From positions 91,023,741 to 91,087,740 of the forward strand of contig CM041465.1 in assembly GCA_023213395.1 (NCBI GenBank): a stretch of DNA of 64,000 nt. Direction: 5' to 3'. The stretch is from Cycas panzhihuaensis. Lineage: Eukaryota; Plantae; Cycadophyta. The position numbers and the translations under genes were made by a program. Positions 39,901 through 53,689 of this stretch are shown here, in pieces. The notes beneath the pieces are model-generated. The model was not told the origin of the DNA. It was given only the letters and a program-made list of their open reading frames with translations, and searched no databases. The number at the start of each line of letters is the position of its first letter. Positions within the stretch are counted from its first letter, which is position 1.

Positions 39901-42900
39901 AGTTAAACCTTCTTGCATCTTGAGAGATCTACAAACAAGGCATGGAGGTAGAGATTTACAATGATAAATACCTGATCAAGGATCCAAAACAGAACTTTGT
40001 TATCATTTCTACTGAGAAAGTCAGGGACAACTTTTGGGTGTTTAAAAAATTTTAATCTCAAAAGAAGTCTTATGCCTTTATTACTAGCACAGATGATGTG
40101 TGTAAACTGTGGCATAATCACCTATGGTACTTATAGGAGCATTGCAATACTGAAGAGGTTGAAGATGGCGGAGGGATTGCCATAAGCTTCCTATTCAAAT
40201 ACTATTTGTGAAGGGTATATGTATGGCAGGCATCACTGCTACCCTTTTGCTTGGTATAATGCTTGTAGAGCTAAGGAGAAGCTGGAGCTTGTGTGCTCAA
40301 ATATAATGGGACCACTCCTTAACCCTTTGATATCAGGAGCTCGATATACCCTTATGTTTGTAGATGATTACACTAGGAAGCCCTGGGTCAACTTTCTCAA
40401 GAATAAGTTAGATGTGTTTGATCGCTTCCGTGACTAGAAAGCGATGGTGGGAAATGAATGTGATAAGAAGATAAAGTCTTTAAGAAGTGATAATGATAAG
40501 GAATATGACAATCATACATTTAATTAGTTCTATCGCGATCATAGTATAAAGTGGGAATTTACAGTCCCATATACCCCATAATAAAATAGAGTTATTGAAA
40601 GGAAAAACTATACCATGATGGAGATTGCGAGGTGTATGGTGTACACTAAAAGCTTACCACCGAAGTTTTGGGTAGAAGCTATGGTGGCTGCTATTTATAT
40701 TTTGAATTAGGTACTCACTCAAGCAGTTTACAACATAACCCCCAAAGAGAAATGAACCAGTCAGAAGCCTGTCATTAGCCATTTAAGAACTTTTAGGTGT
40801 ATTGCATATGCCCACATCCTAGATGATACCTACAAGAAGCTAGATTAGAAGAGTTTGAAATGGATATTCATGGGGTATTGCATTGAGAATAAAGCCTATA
40901 AACTATGGGATCCATAAGGGGGAAAAGATTGTGGTTAATCAAGATGTAAAATTTGATGAATCATCGATGTATCATGCTAACAAATCATTAGATGAGCCTT
41001 TTTACCCCCCTCCCCCCCTTCTCATATTCCCAAATTCATCAGGCGAAGAGGACGATGAGCTAGTTGCTGAAATGCCTGAGGAAGCAAGACCAAGTAGGAT
41101 GAGTAATAGTGAGGAGCCACTATAAGAGGAAGTACCTCCAACAATGGGTCCTTCAATACCTTTATAGGTAAGGAAGACTCTTAAAGATTCTAGCGTGGTG
41201 ATGCATTCATTGATTGATGATAGAAGAATAAGAAGTCAACATATCAGTCGAACTCTGCTAGTAGATACCAATGACTCCAATGATCTTGATTCATTGATGA
41301 AGTGAAAGAGATCTATGATGGAGAGCTGAGATGGAGGAGAAGTATGGTTCTCTGATAAAGAATAATATATAGGATTTAGTTCCACTCCCTTTAATGAGGA
41401 ACCTTGTTAGATACAAGTGAGTCTATAAAACAAAGTTCTGCTCTGATGGAGAGGTGGAAAAGTACAAGGCTAGATTTGTTACATAAGGATTCAAACAAAA
41501 AGAAGGAATTGAGTATGGGAAGATGTTTGCACCAGTTTTCAGAATGACAATGGTTCAATTGCTCATTTCCTTAGTAGTTGCTTATGGTTGGGAGTTACAT
41601 CAAATGGAAATTAAGTTCACATTCCTTAATGGATATCTAAAGGAGAAGATATATATGTTGTAACCTCTGGGATTTGTTAAGGATGGCTAGGAGTATCTTG
41701 TTTGCCATTTGAAAAAGTCAATCTATGGCCTAAAATAAACACCTCATGCTTGGTGTAAGAAGATAGATGCTAAGTTAAAAGTTAAAGGTTTCGAGATTTC
41801 TAAACTCGACCTGAACCTGTATGTGAAAAGAAGAGGTACTTTAATTGTTGCTTGCATGGTGTATGTGGATGATTTGATCATCAACGGTAACTGTGACAAG
41901 GTTATTACTAAAGTCAAATCTAATTTGGGAGCTTCATTTGGCATGATAGATCTTGAGAGAGCTTCATATGGCCAAATCCTTTGTAGATGGTACAAAGTAT
42001 TACCAATTGGTAGCGAGTCTGATCTATTTGACTCATACCAAGCTAGATATCACATACATTGTTGGATTGGTTTCTCACTATATGCAGAATCTTCAAGAGC
42101 CTCATTTAGTTGCAACAGAGTGTATTCTAAAGTATCTAAAGGGAACAATCAATATTGGTCTCGAATACCAGTGAGGTAAAGAGATAAGGTTACATGGATA
42201 AACAAATGTTGATTAGGGAGGAGACTCTAACAATTAGAAATCCACTACTAGATATATGTTTGGTGTTGGTAATGGTTTTATGTCATGGTAGTCGAAGAAG
42301 CAACAGACAATGGCGCTATCTTCTATAGAGGTTGAATATCATGGACTCAGCGTTGGTGTAAAGGAAGCAGTATGATTGCAAGGTCTCTTGGAGTTTCTTG
42401 AGGTTTACAATAGACATCTGGTTATCTTTATTGATAATTAGAGTACCATTCATCTATTGAAGAATTTTAAATTTCATGCATGTATGAAGCATATTGAGAT
42501 TCGGCACATTACATTCATAAATAGATCAAGTCAAAGAAGTTACAGGTCGACTATTATCTGAGTAAATTCTAGCTTGTGGATGTGTTCACCAAGCCACTCA
42601 CTGAAAATTAATTCACAAAGATGCACACCGAATTAGGACTCACTAATACTATCCTTGAAGGGGGATGTATCAATAAGGATAAAGAAGCTAAAAGATAGTC
42701 TTGACCTTTGTGATAACACAACTGTTGCAGTTGGAAAGCTCCCCACATTCACATTAAGGGAGGATGTTAACATGGAAGTTAATTGTTAAGCCACTATGTT
42801 AATGTTAATATGATTTAACTAAGGTGATTAAGTAAAAAGGTATGACTTTTTCAGAGGGTCACAACCCTAATCATGTGACACTTCTTGGAAGAGTATAAAA

Positions 42901-43118
42901 GCCTTGAGGCCTTGTGTATTCAACATATTAATCCATTGTGAAATAATTAATGTGATCGATCAATGATCCTTTTGTGGTGGGTTTTTCTCTTGAAAGTTTT
43001 TTTCCACATAAATTCTGTGTACTGTGCATCTGTTTACTATGTGTACTCTTATTTGCTTGTGTATGGTTAAAGATTCTGCAGATGGGAATATTTGTGTATG
43101 ATTTCATATTCTTGAATA
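36967..43118 (+). mobile_element. Element D: full-length degenerate Ty1/copia
   Basis: LTRs 36967-37323 and 42765-43118; PBS TGGTATCAGACC at 37324; PPT AAGGGAGGA at 42756-42764; TSD AAAAA. Confidence 0.93.
38852..42660 (+). pseudogene. Element D gag-pol (order PR-INT-RT-RH), many stops, internal RT deletion near 41955
   Basis: FDSGAQKH protease; LELVCSNIMGP, FVDDYTRK, LRSDN integrase; YKARFV, VYVDDLII RT; YQLVASLIYL; KKQQTMALSS RNase H. Confidence 0.92.
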
Positions 43119-44429
43119 AAAAACTTTAGAAAAAATAATAAATAATGATTAAAACTTGAAAAATATTAATTAAAGTGCCAATATAATGGCTTCAAATGAT
43201 TGTTGGGTTGTGTACGACACTTGTAGCTATAAAAATCAGAGAAGAAAATGTGTATATTAAATGTATACACAAAAAATATACAGAAAACTATCAATATTTT
43301 AAATATTTGCACATAACATTATGTAAAACTATTGAAATAACATAAATATAATCAAATTATTAAAGAAATAAGCTTACTGTGATCACACGATTGCTCTGAT
43401 ACTAAATGAGATCTAAGGAGCAGAGTGAAGTAGGATAAATTAATCCATTATGTCAAAGAATTTTAACATAGTTCTAAAAATTAGTGGTGTTGACAAATAC
43501 CGGGGTATTACACCCTTAATATTTATAGATTGGGAGGCAGGCAAGAACCTACCTTAACTAACATTATTTTGAAATTAAAATAATAATAAAACATTAATAA
43601 AATAAACTTACCTTGGCATATGTCGACTACTATAGGATGGCCCATATACTCCTAATGTAACTTGCACACTTTAATATAAGGTAATGAACTATAGGCTAAC
43701 AATTTCAACACTGATATCTATTACAAAGTGTTTAGAAGATAATAAAATGACTACAAGAGCTTTTATCCCTCATCTAGGAAGGGAAACTCTAGAAATATTA
43801 TTTTATTTAAAGGAAGAGAAAATAAGAAATTCTAAAAGATAATCTTTGTTAAATTCCACATTCATTCTTCATGTGTCGACACTCATTTAAAATATTAGTT
43901 ATTTTAAAGTAAGGTAGTCCTTAAAATAATTAATGATTTAAAGTAAAGTTAGTTTTCATAATTTATATTTATGATTACAAACTTAAAATTGACATAACCT
44001 TCTCATACGGTGTCTTTAAGGCCTTGTGACCACTTGTTTGAAGTAAATGAGAATTTCTATGCTATAATCCATGTTTCATAATTTGATTTTTTAAATTTAA
44101 AACTATAATTATAAAATAATTAATATTTGCTTATTTTTAAAGATACTTTAGTTAATTGAGAGGTGTCAACGTACAACAATTCTTCCCCTTCTAATATGTT
44201 TTACCTTTAAAGTATGCATATAGGTGGATGCAATTGCTACTATGATTCACCTTCTACTTGAACCTAATACATATATTTAAGGGTTGATCCTATTTGGTCA
44301 TAGGGTAACCCTTCGTAGTAAGAATGCAGTGTAGTAACTCCTCTTATTCTTGATATGCTTTTTGATAAGCCTTATTTAACAAATTACATTTGATAGATCT
44401 AGAGATTAATATATTATGGGTTCATCCTA

Positions 44430-47400
44430 TTTGAGATTTTGTATCTTATTTTGATATTTTGTCAATGATAATTTATTTTGGGGGAAGAGAGATAACTTGG
44501 ATGGAGAAATGTATAATTGGTATGAATAAGGGGAAAAAAACAAGGAATATGATGGGAGTTCCATATTTGAAAGTGATTTTAGTGGGGACATGAGAGGTGT
44601 AGTGGATCCAATGTCTATTAACAAAAAGTAAGTTATAAGTAGGAAAGTATTTCTCTAAATTTTAGAAATATTATATGGAATAATAAATATGATGTATTTA
44701 CAAGATTTTTGGGGTGTATAAATAAGTTAAGCATCCCTTATCATAGGTCACATCTCTTATTAATTAATATATATTAAATATTAATAATGTAGTTGTAAGA
44801 CTTATAACTAGCACCACCCCCTCAACCCCCCCCCCCCACTTTTGAAATGCTTTGCCCTCAAAGCATGTGACGTCTTTAGAAATTACATATCACTACCTCC
44901 TATTGTTGATAAGATGTCCAAAGAGATCTTATTATCTTTGTGTTGACATGTAGAAATTATTACTAAACAATTTACTTACAAGGAGTGACATAAGTCATGT
45001 GCAATCCTCATTGATTGATTTAATGATTGATGAGGTCGTGACCCCATTAGTCGACTATCTACATCAAAAGGGTGTGGTCCCACACTGTATTAAATTACAA
45101 ATAGGTAACAATGGGGATCAAAATGCTCTTATAAAGTATATAGCAGTGACTTCTTATAGTAAATCATGTTGTCACTCTCATATTGTATGGAATAACCTTG
45201 GTTCTGCTCAAGCATACCAAGAATGTGAATGTTTTGTTCAAACATGACAAGAGTGTGGATTTTAAATAAAGAATGTCCACATTGTCATTCAAAGTTTTAT
45301 CTTGAGCAGGAAGAGAACTCATTTTATTGTTAAAAAATTTATCTTGTACTATAAGTAACACCTTGGTGATCTTATTATCATCAGGTGAAGTAAGATCCTC
45401 AGTATGGTCATTAAAAACTTATGAAGGTGGAAAATTAGTCTCTATAATTGGACTTTCATGAGGACCAATTTTTGCTTCAAATATTGTTACCTTATAAGCA
45501 ACTTGATGCATCTTTTCTTAAAGGTCCAAGACAAAGGTTCCCAATTTGGTTTACATTGCAAAAAGTACCCAAGTCCTAGCCCATGTGTGGAGGCAATCTT
45601 CCAGAAAACTAGATGTGATTAAAATCCATTAACCTTTGTTTTTGAATGAGTGATGCTTTTCTTCAAAAAATTCTTTGAATATAGCAAAATAATTGTAAAT
45701 ATTAATAGATCTATTATTCTCAGAAAAGGGAAGGTCACTTGTAAGGATCTTTTTTATTTTTTGTCCTATTGCCAAAACTCGTTTGTAATTTATGACGTAA
45801 AGCTAAGTGATTCATTCATAGCTAGTAGTGACTAGTAAGTGATGTGTGAAAATATATGGCATATGATTGTATGCTACTATGAGTGATATATTTCATAGGT
45901 AGATTTATATTTCTAGGGAGGTAGGTGGCTAATGCTAAACGACAATTATATTATTGCTATGTTTAAACTATAATTATATTATTAAAAAATGATCAACACC
46001 AAATGATAATAATATTCCCTAATGTTAATATCTTATTTTATTTTGGACTACAATTCGACACATAGCTCATTGATAATAATGTAATTATTGTGCCTAAGAT
46101 ATTAATCCATGGCTTGGCATAGAGATAGGACCACAACTTGGTATGTAGCTTGTTGATAATATGTTATTTGTTTAACATATTGAACCACAATTCAATGAGA
46201 AGCTTGCTAATAATAACAGTCTATTATTCATACATAAGTAAGCAATGTAGTCTAATATATCTTACTGGTATTCGTATGCATTAACATCCACGATATATTG
46301 TCTCACTAGTATTTGCAAGTAAGCAATTAACATGAATGCCCATGATATATTATATTACTAGTATTCATAAGTAAGCAAGTAGTATTAATGCTTGCAATAA
46401 TACAATATATTGTATTGCTTAATATGATATATTTGTCTCATTGCAAGCAAGAAAGCAGTATTAACATTAATACCCATGAGTGCTAAGTTGATTTATTAGT
46501 TGTAACAATTCAATTTATTGGTGTGAAGCTCGTAGGTTTAACCTTCAATATTTATATGGTGCATATGTAAGGGCAACCATGTGTATATGTATGGCCATAG
46601 GTGCCTTGTATATATATGGTAGTAATTTTCTTGTTGATTAATATTTCTTTATTTTATTATACCTCCACAGGTTGATTAATCTCACTAACGCCTACATAAT
46701 TATTAGTTGTAGAAAGGTTTGTAATGCTTATTTGACTCTTACTTATTATTATATTATGACCATAAATAGTGTTACCTTTGGAAAATGACATATAGAAGCA
46801 CACTTGTAATTGATTTGAAGGACTTGTGTTAACTATTGTTTACTTGATTGATCATTGTTGAAGGGTGTATGAAACACACAACATCTACTTGATGTAGTTG
46901 TAAGATAAATGTTTTAGTGCTTAATTAAAACAACCAATAAATGAAATGAAAATGGAAATGGAATCCTATGACTTCATTGTGAATTCTCTAATCATACAAA
47001 TAATTTGGAAGTAGGTTTTAATCCTACAAATGAACGTGAGAGAGATGTCCAAGGTTGGTTGTCTATTATGGAGTGCACAAATAATATGACTTGCCACCCC
47101 CCCACCCATCTTTTTAAATGTTTTAATAAAGAAGTATGGAAATCAAATTGAATTTCCAATTATTCAATTATGTGTAAGTAGCTAGTTTTACCACTCATAG
47201 TGGATCCAATGTCCACTACCGAAAAGTAAGTCATAAATGGGAAAGTATTTCTCCAAAATTTAGAAATATTCTATTGAGTAATAAATGTAATATCTTTACA
47301 AGATTTTAGAGGTGTATAAATATAAGTAATCACCCCTTATGATAGGTCATGTCTCTTAATAGTTAATACACATTAAATATTAATAATATACTTGGAGGGG

Positions 47401-48440
47401 TTACAATAAAAGGTATGTAGAAGGTAACAATTAAGTTGCTTGAAATTAATAGAGGATGGGGAATGGTAGATACGAGAGGAATTCTATTCAGGCAAGTGAT
47501 ATAGATGGTAACCTATCATAAGGATATAGGGGAAATGAATATTACGTGTTGAGAATTGTAGAGAGATAATAGGAGGGTAGTGGTAAATTTTCTTATAAGC
47601 AAGATTGGGATATATGGAATATGGTGGTTCAAAGAGCGAATTAGGAGCGAGCGGGTATTATAGGATAAAAACAAAAGAGAATGATATGTGAAAAATAAAA
47701 ATTGGATGTAGAGTATTGTGAAGGAGATAACTTACATGGAGAAAGATGTAATTGATGTGAATAAGGGACAAGGAATGACGAATATGATGGGGGTACTATA
47801 TGTGTAAGTGACATATATGGCAACTTGTGAGAATGATGTAAGAAAAATGAGTATTAGGTATTAAGGATTATAGAGAGATAATGAAACGATAAGGGTAATG
47901 TTGTTTAGGAGTGAGCTTGGGATGCATAGAGTATGGTGGTCTAAAGAGTAAATACTGAGCAAACAAGTATAATAGGTATTATTTATTCATAAATGATTTA
48001 GATAGAAACATACGAGAATGGTATGTAGATAGTAAAAATTGGGTGTTAAGTATTATAGAGGGGTGAGGTAATAGAGGATAAGGAGTACTAACTAGTAGAA
48101 GATGAGTGGGGGAAGGATAGAGTGTGAATCATAGGAGGTATGATAAACATTGTATATAGGTAAGTAGTTTAAATAGAATCATATATGAACTATATAAGAA
48201 ATGATAAGTGAAGTAAAAATGATTGGTGATAATGACATAGGTTAGGAGTGAGATTAGGGAATAGAAGCATATAAGGGTGTTATGTGTGGAGAAAAAAAAA
48301 AATTAAAGCAAGGGTGAGGATGGGGATTAGGAATAAGAATAAGGGATAGTATACATAGAGGATTAGTAGAAGAATAATGCATGAGAGGTGGGGGAATGAT
48401 GAGCATTCTATATAAGTAGTGTGGGAATTCCAAGGGGAAT
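44430..48440. mobile_element. Fragmented LTR-retrotransposon remains with duplicated LTR-like segments
   Basis: 44600-44790 is repeated at about 47200-47390, and 44480-44600 resembles 47720-47830. A C-rich PPT-like tract lies at about 44815-44838. Structure not resolved. Confidence 0.5.
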
Positions 48441-48627
48441 TCACACCTCAAACATAGAAAATATCCACATATAGGACCATCTTCTAGAGTTTTTCACAAG
48501 TAAACATGCACTAAAAATAAATATTGAAGTGAGAAGTACAATATCCATAGCCTTAGGATCTAAATAAACTAAATGTTAAAGTGAAAACAATACTAATAAT
48601 GTATGTACAAAAGATACAAAACTTACA

Positions 48628-49156
48628 TGAGTAATGTGATATGGGCATTTACAAGTATTATGGCTATCTAATGAACCATGGAGTGGAGGTGAGGGCAATG
48701 AATAAGGCTGCGATTATGCTGGAGGAGATAAAGGAATAGAGAGTCATTGTTGAAGGTGATTCAATGATAGTGATCAAGAGTTTAAAGGAGGAAACACAGT
48801 TGGAATGGAGCACTGGGGAGCTCATTAAGGACGCATCCAAATAGAGTGTTCAGATCCAACACACGTACAGGGAAGGAAATAAGTTAGTGGACTGGTTAGC
48901 AAATTGGGCTGTGGCAAATAAAAGGAATAGGGAATGGAAAAGGAACTTCCCGGAGGAGCTTCTGAGTCTGACTAGAATAGAATCACTTAGACATAATGGT
49001 GTCAAGTAGGAGGAGAATGGAGAATTATTAGAGTAAGCTAGACCATGGGCTTGTCATGGTCATCTGTTTCATGCTGGTTAGCCCTTGATGTATAAGGTTT
49101 GGGGACTTGGCAAAAGACCCATTCTAATATTATTTTTTACCTTACCAAAGAAAAAA
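48628..49156 (+). mobile_element. Short 5'-truncated L1-clade LINE (RNase H end, 3' UTR, poly-A)
   Basis: VIVEGDSMIVI...HTYREGNKLVDWLAN; A-tail at about 49151-49160; TSD AAAAGATACAAAACTTACA at 48609-48627 and 49157-49175. Confidence 0.9.
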
Positions 49157-49641
49157 AAAAGATACAAAACTTACAACAAGTAAAATTGAGTCACTAGATT
49201 CCTCTTCTAGGAGTGGTATCCTAAAAGTAGTTACTTAAGGTAAAAAATATAGCAGATTTAGAACTCAAATTAATGTATACCTCTTTGATTGAAAAGCCCT
49301 ATATATATATGACTAGAATCTAATTAAAGAAGTCATCCAACAACTATAACCAAGGTTGGACAAAATGAAAAATAAAGTTGGCTAGAGCAATGAAAACTAT
49401 ATTATGCGCTCAACTAAAATAAATAGTGAACATTGTATAATGAAAACTGTATAATAAAGTTGGCTATAATAAAAAATAAAAATTACATTTTGAAGTTGAT
49501 ATAATAAATAATGAAGATTACATAATGAAGTTAGTCATCTAGAGTAGGAATGCTATAAGTCCCTCCCTTTAAAACATGCTTTGTAGTGACAAGATTCACT
49601 TGGATCGTAAATATCATATATAGGGTAACTAAATCTTAGTT

Positions 49642-52600
49642 TTTTTCTTGATAAGGTTTAAATTAAGGGAGGTTTTGGAGGGGGTCCCAACCCCTTACAT
49701 CAACTGCCTCTCGGGCTTAAAAAAACTACCATGACAAGCCCACAACCTAGCTGAATCCTGCATCTAAGCTCAACTACATGCCCTCGCATGCCATCGATAA
49801 GGCCGATGGCTAACTAAATCAGCCCCAACATGCCCAGGGCTAAGAGTTATCTACTGTCAAACCCCTTCATTTCCTTCCTAATCAGAGCCAAAATCCCTTC
49901 AAGGATCATATCTTTCTAACATTCATACCTTTTAGCTTGAACACCCCAGTTGGCCAACCCGTCAACAACCCCATTACCTTCTCTACAAGTGTGGATCATA
50001 TGGACTTCAACTCTACTCCTGAAAATCTCCTTGGTATCATTTATTCAGGTTCTATATCTCTAATCTGGGTAAACCTTCCCCCTAATTAACTTAATTATAT
50101 TTAACGATTCCCCTTAACCTCCACTGCTTTGCATATAGCTTCCAACCCATCTTAGTGGTTGGATTGGGATCCATAGTAATCTTTGAATGCCTATATCATC
50201 TTCCCTTCCGCATTCCTATACACACCCCCCCATCCCACTTCTCCAGGGTTACCTTTCGCAGTTCCATCAAAATTAATTTTCACCCAACTAATGGGGGGGG
50301 GGATCCATTTACACCTCATGATTGATTTCAGTTTGATCTTAACACTTATCCCCCATTTTTCCATAATCATTCTATCTTTAGGGTTGATCTAATTTTCCTC
50401 TTCATCCTTTAGGGTCTCTTTTATAGCCTCCAAAATTATCCCAAAAAGCTTAGGCTCATCCATATTCTTATCTTAAAAATCCTTCTATTTCTTTCTTTCT
50501 AGAGATTCTACATCATCACTAGAACATATGTAGACCAAACATGCTTCAGAACTCTACTTCTAAAAGGGCATGTCTAAGAGGAAGCTAGATCCCATATAAT
50601 ACTTGGAAGGACCCAATCAACCCCAAGGGCATTCCACAATAGATTCCATAGCTCCTTGGTGTATGAGCAGTGAAGCATAATGTGATTAAGTGTCTCTTCC
50701 TCCTCCCTGCACAGGATGCATCTGCTCACCATGACAAAACCTCTCTTCCTTAGTTTGTCAGTTGTTAATATTTTATTTCTAGGGCACAACCACCAAAAGA
50801 TAACAATCTTAGGGATTAATCCCAAATTCCAAACTCCACCAAACACATTATTATTGTTGAGGCCTCTATCTGAGAGCAATGCTAAATAACCTGTCCTCAT
50901 CGAATAATCTCCCAAGGGAGCCCTAGGCCAGACCATCACATCATCCTTTGGGAATTTAGGAATATAGTTTTTTGCGAGCTCATATTTTAAGGAGATGATT
51001 TCATCCCTATCCACATACTCGAGTGGGAGGTCCTCAAAGCTTCTCCAAAATTTTCCTCCTTCTTGCATTTCCCAATAGTCTTTAACCTTCCTCCCATAAG
51101 ACCTCTCATAAATATTCTGGAGAGCTTCTAAGAAAGGTCTCTCCTTTAGTGGGGGCCTGCCACACCAGACATCCTCCCATGTTTTAATTCTTTCTCCATT
51201 CCCCAAGCTCCATTCAACCCCATCTCCAAGCATCTTTCTCACACATATGAGACTTCTTTAGATCTTAGAGCCTCCTTCCCAGAAAGATCATCTATTAGGT
51301 ACTTTCTATGTCTAAGATATTTCTAAGTAATAATTCTACACCATAATTTATTCTCCCGTTTAGCAAGTCTCCAACCTAGTTTCACCAGCAAAGCTTTATT
51401 AAAGCAGGGAATATCTTTCACGTTGAGACTGCTTACCCTTTTGGGAAGGCAAACTTTCTCCTAGGAAACAAGATGAATCCTATCTCTATCCTCCATTCTA
51501 GACCACAAGAACCTTTTTTGAATAGATTCCAGGATACTAACAATCTTTGTTGAGCATCTAAATAGAGACATCATGTATAATAGAACACTCTGAAGAGAGG
51601 CAATTAATAATTGAAGCTTATCGGCTTGACTTAATAGTGCCCCTTTCCAACCTACCAACTTCCTTTAAATACGATGGATAGTGGGGTTCCAAAGCTGCTT
51701 CTCCAATTTGCCAACAAAGAGGGACAAACCCAGGTACAAAGAAGGGAGCCTCCTAATAGGCATTCTTAGGATCCTACTAATAATACCCTAGGTCCTTGCC
51801 AAGGTATTCAAGAAGAAAATATTGCTCTTATTGAGGTTGATCTTCTAGTTAGTAGAATCCTCAAACCTAACTAACTCTTTTTTTATCGCTTTGGCCTCCA
51901 TGATTGTAGCCTTACCAAGTAGAATATTATCATCAACAAAATGGTGATGGACCACGTTATCCACACCCGGCGTAGGTTTTAGACCTTTCAGCTTGCATGT
52001 TCCTGTGGCTTCCTCTAGGGCCCTTCCCAATATTTTAGCCATAATAATAAAAAGATAAGGTGCTAAAGGGTCTCCTTGGCATATGCCTCTAAACCTAGGG
52101 AAAAAGGTTGTTGATGTTCCATTAACCAACACTAAGAATTTCAGATTCATAATACAACTTTTTATCTAGTTCCCCATATGCTTATTAACCCCAAAATCTC
52201 TGATACATTTCAATAAAAAATCCCAGGATACCCTATCATAAGCCTTGGAAAGGTCAATTTTAATAATCATACTAGGTTATTTCTTCTAAAACGTTGAGTG
52301 AACCATTCCATGAACCATGATTATGCCATCCAAGATTTTCCTCCCTTTAACAAATCTATATTGGTTAGGAGCTATTATCAAAGGGGGAATTCTTTTTAGC
52401 TTGTTGCTAAGGATTTTCAAAAAGATCTTATATTTCATATTACACAGACTTATAGGTCTGAAATCTTCTATATTTTTGGCATCTCCTTTCTTTGGAATCA
52501 AGGCCAGGAAAGTGGCTTGCCACTCCCCATGAATCCTGCCATTATTATAGAAATCTGAGACTGCCTCAAGGAGATCCTCCTTGATAATGTCCCAGTATTC

Positions 52601-53689
52601 CTAGAAGAAGCCCAGAGGAAAACCATTTGGGCCAGGGGCTTTCTCATTCTTCATGCCAAATGCTACATTCTTGATCTCCTCTAGAGTGAAAGGTGCTTCT
52701 AGAACCCTATTCGAATCCTCCCCTATAATCTTGGGTATCATATTTAGCATCTCTCTCCTAGCCTCAATGTCTTTGCATTTAGGTTTATTAAATAGCTCCC
52801 TGAAATAGTCCATCGCCACCTCTTTTATCCCTTTCTGAACATTTATTTCCTCACCTTCTTTGTTGGTATTCACCCTAATATAATTAGAAGACCTATGTTT
52901 TAGGGTGATCATATGAAAAAAAATTATATTTATATCACGTTCAGCTAGCCATAAGGCTCTCAATTTTTGTCTCCAATGGATTTCTTCCTTTGCCAAGACA
53001 TCCTTCAACTTAGCTTGGAGGCCTCTCTCTTCTTGATCTAAGGAGATAAATCTACCTTCTTCTTGAATGTTTTCCTCCAACCTCTTAAGTTCTTCAAAGA
53101 TTTGGTTTTTTGTTCTAAATATATTTCAGAAGATACTTTTATTCCATTCTTTCACCTAAGTCTTTATCCATTTCAATTTTTTTGAGAATCTAAGCTTTGC
53201 GCATCCTTCGACCGGGCATTTTTACTAGTCTGCAATCAAGTCACGAAGACCTAGGTCCTTTGTCCATATCATCTCAAATTTAGAAGGTTCCTATGAACTT
53301 CTTTTTATCGAAAAAGCTTAGAATCAATAGGGAGTGATCTGAAACTAATTTAGGCGATGTTTCTAGAATAATATTATTGTACAGGCTGGCCCAAGCAAAA
53401 TTTATTAGGAATCTATCTAACCTGACTTGAATGTGGTGCTCATCGAGTCTTCTATTAGACCAAGTATACTTTAGACCATGAAGAGGAATGTCCATTACAC
53501 CTCCCTTTTGCATGAACTCCCCCAGGTCTTCCATGCTCTTGGTCTAACCCCCCTACCCTCCTTTCTTTTCTCTAGGTGATAGGGCCATATTCAGATCACC
53601 AACTATCATCCAAGGACCTCTCCAATCCTTATGGACCTCCAATAATCTATCCCATAGGAGTTTTTTGTCATCTTTCATTAGGGGGATAA
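49642..53689 (-). mobile_element. 5'-truncated L1-clade LINE with ORF2 (endonuclease, RT, zf-RVT, RNase H)
   Basis: YTWSN, RLDRFL, SDH (APE endonuclease); KAPGPNGF, FRPISLCN, QGDPL, FVDD (RT); CILCREEEETLNHIMLHC; NFDGTAKGNPG. T-run at the left end; TSD GGTAACTAAATCT(T/C)AGTT at 49624-49641 and 53690-53707. Confidence 0.95.

Larger units (their letters stand above)
33460..43701 (-). mobile_element. Element C: non-autonomous gag-only LTR element (related to G/H), host of copia D
   Basis: LTRs 33460-33762 and 43407-43701. TSD ATTTC (33455-33459 / 43702-43706). PBS reverse complement GCTCTGATACTA at 43393-43404; PPT reverse complement TTCTTCCCC at 33763-33771. Confidence 0.88.
10955..43710 (+). 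mobile_element. Element A: old non-coding short-LTR (about 158 bp) retroelement, host of the nested stack
   Basis: 5' LTR 10955-11112 (TGTTAAAAATATTTTA...) followed by PBS TGGTATCAGAG (tRNA-iMet type). PPT AAGGGGGAA at 26424-26432. The 3' LTR starts at 26433 and is split by F and C (pieces 26433-26575, 33449-33459, 43707-43710). Flanks TTCAT/CTGAT may be a degraded TSD. No gag/pol recognised. Confidence 0.75.
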
